DNA from: Nitrospirota bacterium
GTDB lineage: Bacteria > Nitrospirota > Thermodesulfovibrionia > Thermodesulfovibrionales > UBA1546
Direction: 5' to 3'
DNA length: 40,337 nt
NCBI GenBank assembly: GCA_016208875.1
Contig: JACQXD010000159.1
Span: forward strand, 1 to 40,337
Part shown: positions 9,703 through 18,648 of the stretch, piece after piece
How positions within the stretch are numbered: position 1 is the stretch's first letter
Layout: the number at the start of each line of letters is the position of its first letter
Position numbers and translations under genes: made by a program
Notes under the pieces: generated by a model
Databases searched by the model: none
The model's input: the letters and a program-made list of their open reading frames with translations, nothing else
Told to the model about the DNA's origin: nothing

Positions 9703-9824
9703 CATGATGCACGATGCATGATGCATGATGCATAACACCCCCCTTTAATTCCCCTCTTACTAAGGGGGGACATAGGGGGGTGTATCGTGCATCGTGTATC
9801 GTGTATCGTGTATCCTGCATCACG
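9703..9824. repeat. Composite palindrome: CAYGATG array, C-run/G-run hairpin, inverted ATCGTGY array
   Basis: catgatg-cacgatg-catgatg-catgatg, then acacccccctttaattcccctcttactaaggggggacataggggggtgt (9735-9783), then atcgtgc-atcgtgt x3-atcctgc. Confidence 0.9.
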
Positions 9825-9825
9825 G

Positions 9826-11664
9826 TCAGTCCCCGAATGTCGCCCTTACTATCTCTTCCACGGATGTAATGCCATCTTTTATTTTCGTTAAACCGCTTAT
9901 CCGCAGCGTCCTCATACCGAGTTTGATGGCATTTCTCTTTATCTCATCGGCAGATGCACCTTCGAGCGTCAGTTCCTTGATCTCTTCTTTCAGCGGCATA
10001 ACCTCATAAATTCCTATTCTTCCTTTGTACCCTGAATTATTACATACAGGGCACCCCTTCCCCTTGTAGCATTTTATGGCTGCTGCCTCATCTTCCGGAA
10101 AGCCCAGCTTTATCAGGGCCGGTACAGGGATCTTTTCCTCTTCCTTACACTGGGGACATATCTTCCTTATAAGTCTCTGGGAAGCAATAAGGATAACCGA
10201 TGCTGCTACAAGAAACGGCTCAATGCCCATATTTAACAACCTGCTTATAGTGCTGGGGGCATCGTTTGTATGAAGGGTACTGAGGACGAGGTGACCTGTT
10301 AAGGCGGCCTTAACCGCGATCTCTGCCGTCTCAAAGTCGCGTATCTCACCGACCATGATAATATCCGGATCTTGCCTAAGAAATGACCTGAGGGCTGCGG
10401 CAAATGTAAGCCCTATATCATCTTTTACAGCAACCTGATTTATACCCGGGAAGTTATATTCGACCGGGTCTTCGGCCGTAGATACATTTACACCGATCTT
10501 ATTCAGATAATTTAATGCAGAATAAAGGGTTGTTGTTTTTCCGCAGCCGGTGGGACCGGTAACCAATATCATTCCATTGGGTCTTTCGAGTGCAATCATA
10601 AAATCTTTTAAAGGTTCCTCATCTATACCCAATTGGGCAAGGTCCACTTTAAGATTACCCTTATCGAGTATCCTCATGTTGGTCCTTTCACCGAAGAGAC
10701 ACGGTACGGTCGAAACCCGGAAGTCTACCTCTTTCTTCTTCCCGAGTTTTAACTTAATTCTTCCATCCTGTGGAAGTCTCCTCTCCGAAATATCGAGACG
10801 TGCCATTATCTTGAGCCTTGACGTTAGGGCACTCTTTATCTTTGCAGGTAGATTCATAATAACGCGGCACTCGCCGTCAATCCTGTATCTTACTCTGACC
10901 GAATTCTCATAGGGCTCGATCTGAACATCACTCGCGCCTGCCTTTATTGCATTTAAAAGAATACCATTGGTGAGTTTTATTATCGGAGCCGCAACCTCTT
11001 TTATCTCCTCTGCATCTTCTCTCTCGTCTACAACCTCAACGTCGCCGAGTGCCTTGCCGACAACCTCATCGAATTCTTCGACGTCAACCGTAGTCCCCTC
11101 TTCACTACCACCTAACATATCTTCTACATTCATATCGTCCGACAAAGTATAGTCCTTTGCCTGCAATATTTCCGTTGCAGCGGACACACTTGTAGCCTGT
11201 GATTGTGCCTGTTGCTTTGCCGCTATAAGTCCCTCGCCCTTACCGCCATAATAAGTAGTTATTGTATTTATGAGTGCCGATTCCGTTGCTATTACAACAT
11301 CAACGTTGTATCCGGTCATAAATTTAACATCATCTACTGCAAAAACATTGGAGGGATCTGCCATAGCGATCGTTAGTGTGGCCCCGACTCTTGCCACGGG
11401 CATTATCATATACTTCTTTGCCATATCGGCGGGAATAAGCTTTGATACGGATGGGTCGATCTTATAATCGGAGAGATTTATCGCCGACATTCCATATTGT
11501 TTGCTGAGAAAAGTGGCAAGTTTATCTTCGGTTATATGTCCTAATTTGACAAGGTTAGTACCGAGCCGGCCGCCCTTCTTTTTCTGGAGATTAAGGGCCT
11601 CTTTTAACTGATCTTCAGTTATTACGCCTGCTGTAATGAGTATCTGGCCTAATTTTACTGCCAT
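9826..11664 (-). CDS. pilB: Second PilB paralog (upstream copy)
   Basis: Same architecture as 7857-9683; Walker A GPTGCGKTT, LRQDPDIIMVGEIRD, zinc motif. Confidence 0.93.
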   Translation of the reverse strand: MAVKLGQILITAGVITEDQLKEALNLQKKKGGRLGTNLVKLGHITEDKLATFLSKQYGMSAINLSDYKIDPSVSKLIPADMAKKYMIMPVARVGATLTIAMADPSNVFAVDDVKFMTGYNVDVVIATESALINTITTYYGGKGEGLIAAKQQAQSQATSVSAATEILQAKDYTLSDDMNVEDMLGGSEEGTTVDVEEFDEVVGKALGDVEVVDEREDAEEIKEVAAPIIKLTNGILLNAIKAGASDVQIEPYENSVRVRYRIDGECRVIMNLPAKIKSALTSRLKIMARLDISERRLPQDGRIKLKLGKKKEVDFRVSTVPCLFGERTNMRILDKGNLKVDLAQLGIDEEPLKDFMIALERPNGMILVTGPTGCGKTTTLYSALNYLNKIGVNVSTAEDPVEYNFPGINQVAVKDDIGLTFAAALRSFLRQDPDIIMVGEIRDFETAEIAVKAALTGHLVLSTLHTNDAPSTISRLLNMGIEPFLVAASVILIASQRLIRKICPQCKEEEKIPVPALIKLGFPEDEAAAIKCYKGKGCPVCNNSGYKGRIGIYEVMPLKEEIKELTLEGASADEIKRNAIKLGMRTLRISGLTKIKDGITSVEEIVRATFGD

Positions 11665-11749
11665 AAATTTAATTTTACACTATATATAAGCATAATGTGA
11701 AGTCAAACACAGGTTTTTTATATCGACAGTATTTAGACTAAAAAGAAAG

Positions 11750-11822
11750 TGGACGGTAGGGGATTCGAACCCCCGACTTCCACGTTGCGAACGTGGCGCT
11801 CTCCCAACTGAGCTAACCGCCC
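11750..11822 (-). tRNA. tRNA-Ala (anticodon CGC), CCA not encoded
   Basis: GGGCGGTTAGCTCAGTTGGGAGAGCGCCACGTTCGCAACGTGGAAGTCGGGGGTTCGAATCCCCTACCGTCCA: cloverleaf, GTTCGAATC T-loop, G3:U70 alanine identity pair. Confidence 0.95.
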
Positions 11823-11828
11823 ATTGTT

Positions 11829-11890
11829 AAATTCCAATAACCAACTCTCAATAACCAAGTTTGGAATTTGGGATTTGGTAATTGGTTATT
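11829..11890. repeat. Inverted pair of 7-bp arrays (CCAATAA / TTGGWAW type)
   Basis: ccaataa-ccaactc-tcaataa-ccaa ... ttggaat-ttgggat-ttggtaa-ttggtta. Confidence 0.7.
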
Positions 11891-12322
11891 CTATTCCTTA
11901 TGGCATTTTATACAAAACGCAGAATTATTAGGAAACCTTAACAGCATTTCATATCCCTTTGTACCATGAGGATCATGACATGTTATACAAGTTATCCTCC
12001 CATCAGGGTCTAAAGGGAACCCTTCCACAGTCACAGAAACTTTTATCCCTACCGCGTGTTCTCCCTTGCCGATCCTTTCTTGATGGCAGGATACACAAAT
12101 ATCTGCTGCCGGTTTACCGAGCAAAGGCTTTTCTTCTCCTTTGTGTGATAAGTGACACATACTACAATTTTTTGCTTCATGTGCCGTAACCTCAGGCGGT
12201 TTGATTTCCGGAACCTCGATCTTTGGAGCTGCACAGGCTATAAAAAGCACCAGTAAAGCTAACCCCCAAAATGCGTTTAGAAAAGTGTAGATGTCTGCAA
12301 TTTTGAATTTTGATTTTTGCAT
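11891..12322 (-). CDS. Small tetraheme c-type cytochrome, probable lipoprotein (doubled-CXXCH type)
   Basis: Four CxxCH motifs (CSMCH, CVSCH, CITCHDPH, CIKCH) and hydrophobic signal ending FIAC. Start moved from 12388 to ATG 12322 because the upstream part overlaps the selenoprotein gene; a TTTTGAA heptamer array spans 12301-12331. Confidence 0.85.
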   Translation of the reverse strand: MQKSKFKIADIYTFLNAFWGLALLVLFIACAAPKIEVPEIKPPEVTAHEAKNCSMCHLSHKGEEKPLLGKPAADICVSCHQERIGKGEHAVGIKVSVTVEGFPLDPDGRITCITCHDPHGTKGYEMLLRFPNNSAFCIKCHKE

Positions 12323-12338
12323 TTTGAATTTTATTAGG

Positions 12339-12506
12339 TTATGCCCTGTTGCACGGACGGAGTGAGATGTCCCTCCATGTATCCTCATCTATCTCGTCGA
12401 TATACTCTTTCAACGGATATATTCTGCCGCATTCCATGCAGCGAAAGGTAACTGCCCTTCAACCGAAATGGAGTTTTAAGTTGCCTTTACACTCTCTACA
12501 TTTCAT
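12339..12506 (-). CDS. Dual-CXXC small selenoprotein (55 aa, Sec at codon 16)
   Basis: Manual translation MKCRECKGNLKLHFG-U-RAVTFRCMECGRIYPLKEYIDEIDEDTWRDISLRPCNRA*; in-frame TGA at 12461..12459 between two CxxC motifs, hairpin just downstream, AAGGA upstream. Resembles the 'dual CXXC motif small (seleno)protein' family. Confidence 0.85.
12426..12442 (-). promoter_or_regulatory. Putative bacterial SECIS hairpin
   Basis: GCUGCAU-GGA-AUGCGGC stem-loop with G-containing apical loop, starting after a 16-nt spacer 3' of the UGA. Confidence 0.65.
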
Positions 12507-12630
12507 CTTGAAATTTTATTCCTTCAAATTTGTACTTAGTTCTGCAATGTATTTAATAATTATACCAATTACAATATATAAAGAGGAACTGCTTGAAATA
12601 AAATTTTCCCCAAAAGAGAATTATTGTTAT

Positions 12631-13557
12631 ATGGTCAAGGATATTGATCCAAAAAATTACCGCCCTGTTCCCTCTCTTCCTTTAGCAATAGTAGCCTCAT
12701 ATCGAGGCATGACTCAAGAGGAGATAGAAAAAGCCCTCTTTAATTATCATGACAATAACATCACCCTGCATGGAAAGAATAACTATGTCCAGAATGACAT
12801 TCATATACACATGGCAAAAGGCGGCAGGATAACCCCTATTTTCATCGGGAACTATGAAAGGTTTGACAGGGAAGTAAACCTCGATCAATTGCTTAAAGAG
12901 TACGGCAGAGAGCAACCGGCGAACGACACAATATTCAAGAATAAGATAGTTTTTGTCGGCGGCAGTTATGATAAAAGAGATTTTTATTATACTCCTCTCG
13001 GCAGGATGTCCGGACTGGAAGTTGTGGCCAATATAACTCAGAGTATCCTGAGCGGTACTCTGATCACCCACATGAGTTTTTTAAAGGCATTCATAATTGA
13101 GCTTATCCTCGGAAGTATAGTTGCGGTTATATTTGTTTTAACCTCGCCCTGCCGGGCATCCATCATCTGTTTTATTGCCCTCATTCCTGCAATAGTATTA
13201 GCCAGTTATCTTGCCTTCTCTACTTCGTACTACTGGTTTGACTTTGTCCCGACTATTGCAGGAGTTATGGTTCATGGTTATATAAGCAAAAAAGAAAAAG
13301 GCAGGGGAAAGGTAATGGAAGGCGAAGGGGTAGCGAACTTTGCAAGGGCATTTCAACATGCTGGTGCAAGGAGTGTTGTTGTGAGCCTCTGGTCAGTGGC
13401 ATCAAATGAGACAGTGGAATTCATGAAGGTCTTTTATGGTTATCTTAAAGCCGGTAAAGGAAAAGCAGAAGCCCTGAGACTTGCCAGAAACGAGATTAAA
13501 GCAAAATACCCCAACCCCTACTTCTGGTCGCCTTTTATATTGCATGGAGAGGGGTAA
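12631..13557 (+). pseudogene. Chimeric remnant: C-terminal CHASE2 part plus TM helices fused to the C-terminal part of a CHAT domain
   Basis: FKNKIVFVGGS...DFYYTPLGRMSGLEVVAN (CHASE2 C-terminus), three TM segments, then GEGVANFARAFQHAGARSVVVSLWSV...PYFWSPFILHG (CHAT C-terminus). CHAT catalytic His and LSAC Cys segments are absent; start uncertain. Confidence 0.65.
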
Positions 13558-13695
13558 GACTGTAAAATATAAGCAGGAGACAGAACAGGGTCAAAACCTA
13601 AAATATACATTTTATAATTCTAATAAGGATAGAATATCTTTAAAAAGGTGAGAGGTTATAATATTTAATGAGTAAAGGAATCGGGAGGTGCAACT

Positions 13696-13893
13696 ATGAA
13701 AGTTGCTGACTTAAGTACCGATGAGCTTAAAGAATTGATAAGCAAGATAATTGAAGAAAAATTCAGAGAACTTATTGACCCTGATTTCGGACTTGAATTA
13801 AGAGAAGATTTTGTTCAAGCCCTTGAAGCTTCAATTGCTTCCAAAGAAAGAATTCCCTTTGATGAAATTAAAAAGCGTCTCGGATTGAGCTGA
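13696..13893 (+). CDS. Putative antitoxin (65 aa, acidic)
   Basis: Small acidic ORF with GGAGGT RBS, ends IPFDEIKKRLGLS, 1 nt upstream of a RelE-like gene. Confidence 0.7.
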   Translation: MKVADLSTDELKELISKIIEEKFRELIDPDFGLELREDFVQALEASIASKERIPFDEIKKRLGLS

Positions 13894-13894
13894 C

Positions 13895-14158
13895 ATGATA
13901 TTTGCGATTAAGTCTACGCCTCAGGCGGAAGAAGACTTATCTCGTCTTGATAAGACAATTGCCCAAAATATCTCGAATAAAATAGAGTGGCTTTCCCAAA
14001 ATATAGAAAATATCATTCCATCTCCACTCAAAGGAAAATTTAAAGGCAAATACAAGCTTAGAGTTGGTGACTGGAGAGTTGTATATTCCTTTGAACACTC
14101 ATCTCAGATTATTACGGTATATGCAGTCAGACATCGCAGTGAAGTATACAAAATATGA
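13895..14158 (+). CDS. RelE/ParE-family toxin
   Basis: LKGKFKGKYKLRVGDWRVVY...VRHRSEVYK motifs. Confidence 0.9.
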   Translation: MIFAIKSTPQAEEDLSRLDKTIAQNISNKIEWLSQNIENIIPSPLKGKFKGKYKLRVGDWRVVYSFEHSSQIITVYAVRHRSEVYKI

Positions 14159-14244
14159 ACCAGCAGTCTTCATTATCCTCAGTTGACCAAAGCCACGCTG
14201 CTTCAAAAAGCATTTTATAGGCATTAACAAATTGAAGGTATCCT

Positions 14245-14919
14245 TCATGGACTAAACCTCACGTAATTCTCCCAGTAATAAAGAAGCTCCTTTGTTGCCC
14301 TGACATCTCCCATACAGTATCTCGCAATATCAACGTATCTCTTATCGGTGAAAATGGCTTTAATATCGTATCCCGTAATGCCGTCCTCTTTAGGACTCTT
14401 TATGCCGAATGTCTTGCACCACATATCGAGACTGAACCTGCGCCGTGAGGCCCCATAAAAAGTCAACTGGTCAAACAGGTCTATATGCGGTCCATTATAT
14501 CTGTTCGGCATAATTTCCCTTGAGGGTTTTATCTTATGCACTGCGGAACGGATGAGTATGAAAGGGCAATCGAACCCTCTGCCGTTGAACGTAATAATTT
14601 GCGTATAAGTTTTTACTGTATTCCAGAATTTTTCGAGTATCTCTTTTTCGGTTCCCGTCTCAAATTTTATTCCGTTCTCCTCGAAAGGAAGACACTCGGT
14701 CCCCGGCGACTGGAAATATACTGCGCCTTTATCGGTGTCGGGATTCAGAAGACCGATAGTTATTATCTCGCCTGTCAGAGGATAAAACGACAGGCTTTCT
14801 TTAACATCCTTAACATCTTCATCCGTCTCTGCCCATTTAAGAAGATAGTCCTGCGTCCCTTTATCGAGGGAATCGAAGTCCTTGCCGAGAGTCTCTATAT
14901 CAAAAATTATTCGGGACAT
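14245..14919 (-). CDS. 3'-5' exonuclease, PolB/DnaQ-like (RNase H fold)
   Basis: FDIET (Exo I), FNGRGFD (Exo II), YCMGDV (Exo III). Confidence 0.85.
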   Translation of the reverse strand: MSRIIFDIETLGKDFDSLDKGTQDYLLKWAETDEDVKDVKESLSFYPLTGEIITIGLLNPDTDKGAVYFQSPGTECLPFEENGIKFETGTEKEILEKFWNTVKTYTQIITFNGRGFDCPFILIRSAVHKIKPSREIMPNRYNGPHIDLFDQLTFYGASRRRFSLDMWCKTFGIKSPKEDGITGYDIKAIFTDKRYVDIARYCMGDVRATKELLYYWENYVRFSP

Positions 14920-14926
14920 AATCTAA

Positions 14927-15010
14927 ACGATACACGATGCACGATGCATGATACATGATACGCAATGCAAGACGAGTTTGTTAATCGTGTATCGTGAATC
15001 ATGCATCGTG
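14927..15010. repeat. Inverted pair of 7-bp arrays (CAYGATR / ATCGTG type)
   Basis: acgatac-acgatgc-acgatgc-atgatac-atgatac ... atcgtgt-atcgtga-atcatgc-atcgtg. Confidence 0.85.
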
Positions 15011-15013
15011 GTT

Positions 15014-16348
15014 TTACGATGCCTTAGGCAGTTCCTTAAATACCTTCCATGATTTCAGGAGATCTATTGCCCTTTGAAGTTGAGAATCGTCTTTTTCACC
15101 GACATCTAAAGGTATCGCATCTTCAGACTCTTTGGGTTTTTCTTCCAATTGTTCGTTATCGTTCTTCAGATGTCTCTCAAGGTCCTTCTCCCTGACAACA
15201 GGGTGTTCTTTCGCACCGTTTTTTGGCTCCACTTTTACGACGATATCCGGTGTTATCCCGGTGGTCTGAATTGATATGCCCTTCGGCGTATAATAACGTG
15301 CAGTTGTTAGTCTCAGTCCGGAGCCGTCGCTAAGAGGAATTACGCTCTGGACAGACCCTTTGCCGAAGGTCTGCACACCGAGTACAACAGCCCTGCCCCA
15401 ATCCTTTAGTGCACCGGCAACGATCTCCGAGGCACTTGCGCTGCCTTGATTCACAAGCACGATCATCGGTATAGTGACAAAGGGATTTGTTTCTTCTCTC
15501 CGGGGTTCATCGGCCTTTCCCCCTTCCGTACGATACTCTGTTTTTTCTCCCGACCTACCTTTTATTGCTACTACTACCTTGCCCTGCGGCAAGAATTTGC
15601 CCGAAACATCAACCGCGCTGCTCAAAAGACCGCCGGGATTATTCCTGAGGTCAAGGATTAACGAGGCAACTCCGTCCTGTGAGAGGTTGGACAGTGCCTC
15701 TTCAAGATCGGATGCAGTCCGTTCCTGAAACTGGTTAATCTTCACATAACCGATGTTGTTTTCCATAACTTTGGACTTTACGCTCTTCACCTTTATTATG
15801 TCCCTTATGATCGTGAAGTCCTTATGCTCTTTCCACCCTTCACGCATAATTGTAATTGTTACGGATGTCCCTTTTTGTCCCCGCATCTTATTGACCGCAT
15901 CCTGTACGCTAATGTCTTTTGTCGGCTCGCCGTTAATCTTCACTATTTTATCGCCTGCTATGATTCCCGCCTTGAAGGCCGGTGTATCTTCGATGGGAGC
16001 TATTACGGTCAGAACTCCGTCTTTAATGCCGATCTGTATTCCGATACCGCCGAACTCGCCTTTTGTCTCAACCTGCATCTCCTTGTATGTCTCAGGGGGC
16101 ATAAATGCCGAATGAGGATCAAGCGTATTGAGCATCCCCCTTATTGCACTGTAGACAACATCTTTTATCTTTACATCTTCAACGTAGTTCCGCCTTATGA
16201 TGGAAATCACCTCTGTAAATACCTTCAGGTCTTCATAAGCTTCCCCCTCTGCGCTTACACTAACGACGGATAACCTGCCTATAAGGATACCGCTTATCAT
16301 AGTAGTCAGTACGAGAACCCATATAAGCACCAAACTTCTTTTCTTCAT
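15014..16348 (-). CDS. ctpA: S41 carboxyl-terminal processing protease
   Basis: LDPHS, PDZ GIGI, DLRNNPGGLL, SASASEIVAG, TFGKGSVQ; start set to the ATG behind GGAGG. Confidence 0.93.
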   Translation of the reverse strand: MKKRSLVLIWVLVLTTMISGILIGRLSVVSVSAEGEAYEDLKVFTEVISIIRRNYVEDVKIKDVVYSAIRGMLNTLDPHSAFMPPETYKEMQVETKGEFGGIGIQIGIKDGVLTVIAPIEDTPAFKAGIIAGDKIVKINGEPTKDISVQDAVNKMRGQKGTSVTITIMREGWKEHKDFTIIRDIIKVKSVKSKVMENNIGYVKINQFQERTASDLEEALSNLSQDGVASLILDLRNNPGGLLSSAVDVSGKFLPQGKVVVAIKGRSGEKTEYRTEGGKADEPRREETNPFVTIPMIVLVNQGSASASEIVAGALKDWGRAVVLGVQTFGKGSVQSVIPLSDGSGLRLTTARYYTPKGISIQTTGITPDIVVKVEPKNGAKEHPVVREKDLERHLKNDNEQLEEKPKESEDAIPLDVGEKDDSQLQRAIDLLKSWKVFKELPKAS

Positions 16349-16410
16349 CTTCCGTATAACCTCCAATTTAATCTCCGCTCTAAAATAATAACTTTCACTG
16401 TATTGCTTAA

Positions 16411-16446
16411 AGCTAACAGCTAATAGCTAATAGCTATTAGCTATTA
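16411..16446. repeat. AGCTAAT heptamer array with inverted tail
   Basis: agctaac-agctaat-agctaat-agctatt-agctatt. Confidence 0.75.
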
Positions 16447-16450
16447 AGGA

Positions 16451-17614
16451 TCATCTTCTTTTTAACCACTGTATCGGATCGAGCGGTTTACCCTTATATC
16501 TTATCTCAAAATAAAGACCCGGGGCATTCACCATTCCCGACTCCCCGATCTTTCCGACAATCTGTTGTCCCTTTATTATATCTCCAACGCTATAAAAAAT
16601 CTCTGCCAGATTTGCATAAAGGGTATGATACCCATCCCCGTGGTTTATTATAATAAGCTTACCATATCCCTTAAACCATTCCGCAAAAACTACCTTGCCG
16701 CTGTGAACCGCCTTAGCATCGGAATCGTCTTCCGCCTTTATCTGAATACCGTTCCTGAACATAGGAGTATTGAACCTGGGGTCTTTCTGGGTACCATACG
16801 GAATTACGACCCTGCCGTTAACAGGCCACGGCAGCCTTCCCTTCAGGTTATGGAACCCCTTGGCAGCGTATGTCTCCGTCTCCTCCGAGCGTCTTATTAT
16901 TTCGAGGAGTCTGTTGGACGACTCCTTTAATTCCTTCACTATTTTTTCATAAGAAGATTTCTCTTTCCTGATCGAGGACAGGAGGATTTCCTTATTCTTC
17001 TTCTTTTCCGAGATTGCTGCCGCGGTTACCTTGGTATCTTCTTCGTTTGTCTTTAGTTCTGCGCGAAGCGATTTAAGACGATCTTCTTGCCCGGCAAGTT
17101 TATTTATGGTCTCCTTATAACTTTCCAGCATATTACGATCGTGGAGCGTAATCTCCTTAATATACCTCCACCTTCTCATTAATTGGGACATGTCGTTTGA
17201 GGTTGAAAGCAAAAGTATTATATCGCCGGAGTATCCATATCTCTGCATAATACGGAGTTTTCTTTTCAGCCACCCGGCCTGTTTTTCCAGCTTGGCTTTA
17301 TTTGCTGCGATCTCCACCTCGACCTTGCGCATCTCATTCTCGAGTCGCCGGAGCCTTTCCCTGTATTTTTTCAGATCTGCCTGTACCTGACTTATATCTT
17401 TATTTGTCCTGTCGATTTCGTCGAGGGTCGAATGCTCGAGCCTTTTTGTCTTTTCAATCTTTTCCTTATGAACATCGATCTCTTTCTGAAGCTTATTGTA
17501 TTCTTCCTTCGGATCCCCGGCATAAGCAGTAAGAAAAGTAGCAAGTAGTAAGCAGCAAGCAGCAAGCGAGAAAACAAAATAAAATAAGGATCTTCGCATA
17601 AGAGTATAGGTCAT
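16451..17614 (-). CDS. envC: Murein hydrolase activator EnvC (coiled coil plus degenerate M23 domain)
   Basis: Signal peptide, long coiled coil, LPWPVNG...GYGKLIIINHG...LYFEIR; follows ftsEX. Start is 17614 or 17599; the track's 17665 start lies inside a repeat. Confidence 0.88.
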   Translation of the reverse strand: MTYTLMRRSLFYFVFSLAACCLLLATFLTAYAGDPKEEYNKLQKEIDVHKEKIEKTKRLEHSTLDEIDRTNKDISQVQADLKKYRERLRRLENEMRKVEVEIAANKAKLEKQAGWLKRKLRIMQRYGYSGDIILLLSTSNDMSQLMRRWRYIKEITLHDRNMLESYKETINKLAGQEDRLKSLRAELKTNEEDTKVTAAAISEKKKNKEILLSSIRKEKSSYEKIVKELKESSNRLLEIIRRSEETETYAAKGFHNLKGRLPWPVNGRVVIPYGTQKDPRFNTPMFRNGIQIKAEDDSDAKAVHSGKVVFAEWFKGYGKLIIINHGDGYHTLYANLAEIFYSVGDIIKGQQIVGKIGESGMVNAPGLYFEIRYKGKPLDPIQWLKRR

Positions 17615-17651
17615 TTCATACCCGCAATCTTTTGAGCATAAACCCAAAATA

Positions 17652-17738
17652 CCCCTCTTTGGCAAAGAGGGGCGAGGGGAGATTTTATGAATCCATTTAT
17701 CTATAAAATCCCCCTTTATCCCCCTTTTCCAAAGGGGG
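17652..17738. repeat. Inverted doublet of C-run/G-run hairpin elements (REPIN-like, no cargo gene)
   Basis: CCCCTCTTTGGCAAAGAGGGGCGAGGGGAGATTTT ... AAAATCCCCCTTTATCCCCCTTTTCCAAAGGGGG between ftsX and envC. Confidence 0.85.
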
Positions 17739-17769
17739 AATATGATTCTTTTCCATTTGCATTTTACAA

Positions 17770-18648
17770 TTAACTAAACCGTATTCTCCCCAGTGCTACA
17801 ACGGCACCGCATATGCCGAGTAACAGACCGGTAAAAGGGAGAGCGATAAATATCTCGGATGGAAATACGATGACCTTCAGTATGGGCATTGTGAGGACGA
17901 GCTTATAAAAAAAGGCGTAATAAAATGCAATCGCACCGAACATACCGACTACACCTCCTCCGGCGCCGAGCATCCCTCCTTCTATAACAAAAGGCGCCCT
18001 TATAAAACCCTTTGTTGCACCAAGCAGCTTAAAAGTCTCTATCTCTTCTTTTCTCCGGTAAAACATAATCTTTACCGTGCTGTAACAAACAAAGATAATT
18101 CCGGTAGACATTAAAACAACCATTAACATACTGATGGTCTGCGCACCGGTTCTTATAGAATGCATCGAGTTTAGGAATTGTTCGCCGTATTCCACCTCGT
18201 CGATGCCCTTTATCTTTCCGATATCCGCTGCAAGTTTTTTTACGCCAGAAATGCTGACCGATTCATGTTTAAGTCTCAGTTCTATCGAAGCGGGGAGGGG
18301 ATTTTCATCTATGCCTTCAAGGACATAGTCTGCATTTTTTAGAACCCCTCTAAGTTCTTCCATTGCCCTATCCTTGGAGATGAACTTTACATGCTCGACC
18401 ATGCTATTTTTTTTTAATACTGCTATTATATTTCCCCTGTCCTGCTCCGATACCCTATCGTTCAGGTATAGTGTCATCGAGAATTTCTCGGGGAGTTTTT
18501 TTGTTGCAAGGTCTATGTTATAAACGGAAAAAAATGTAAGCGTAATCATAAAAAGTCCTGCCGCTATTGTCAATATTGAGAGGAGGTTTATCCACTTTTC
18601 ACGCCATACGCTCTGAACGGCAAGCCTCAACGAATATAACATATACAT
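17770..18648 (-). CDS. ftsX: Cell division permease FtsX
   Basis: NPLPAS and RRKEEIETFKLLGATKGFIRAPFVIEG motifs; coupled to ftsE. Confidence 0.92.
   Translation of the reverse strand: MYMLYSLRLAVQSVWREKWINLLSILTIAAGLFMITLTFFSVYNIDLATKKLPEKFSMTLYLNDRVSEQDRGNIIAVLKKNSMVEHVKFISKDRAMEELRGVLKNADYVLEGIDENPLPASIELRLKHESVSISGVKKLAADIGKIKGIDEVEYGEQFLNSMHSIRTGAQTISMLMVVLMSTGIIFVCYSTVKIMFYRRKEEIETFKLLGATKGFIRAPFVIEGGMLGAGGGVVGMFGAIAFYYAFFYKLVLTMPILKVIVFPSEIFIALPFTGLLLGICGAVVALGRIRFS

Noticed and set aside
9703-9824. CRISPR array or ncRNA gene in the repeat clusters
   Set aside because: Units are 7 bp with no unique spacers, there are no cas genes, and no RNA family was recognisable.
12349-12630. N-terminal part of the 402-aa plus-strand ORF
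   Set aside because: It overlaps the selenoprotein gene on the opposite strand and an AT-rich divergent spacer; it has no protein-like features.
11750-14158. tRNA-anchored integrative element
   Set aside because: The islet lies on the tRNA 5' side, and I found no duplicated tRNA 3' end or adjacent integrase.
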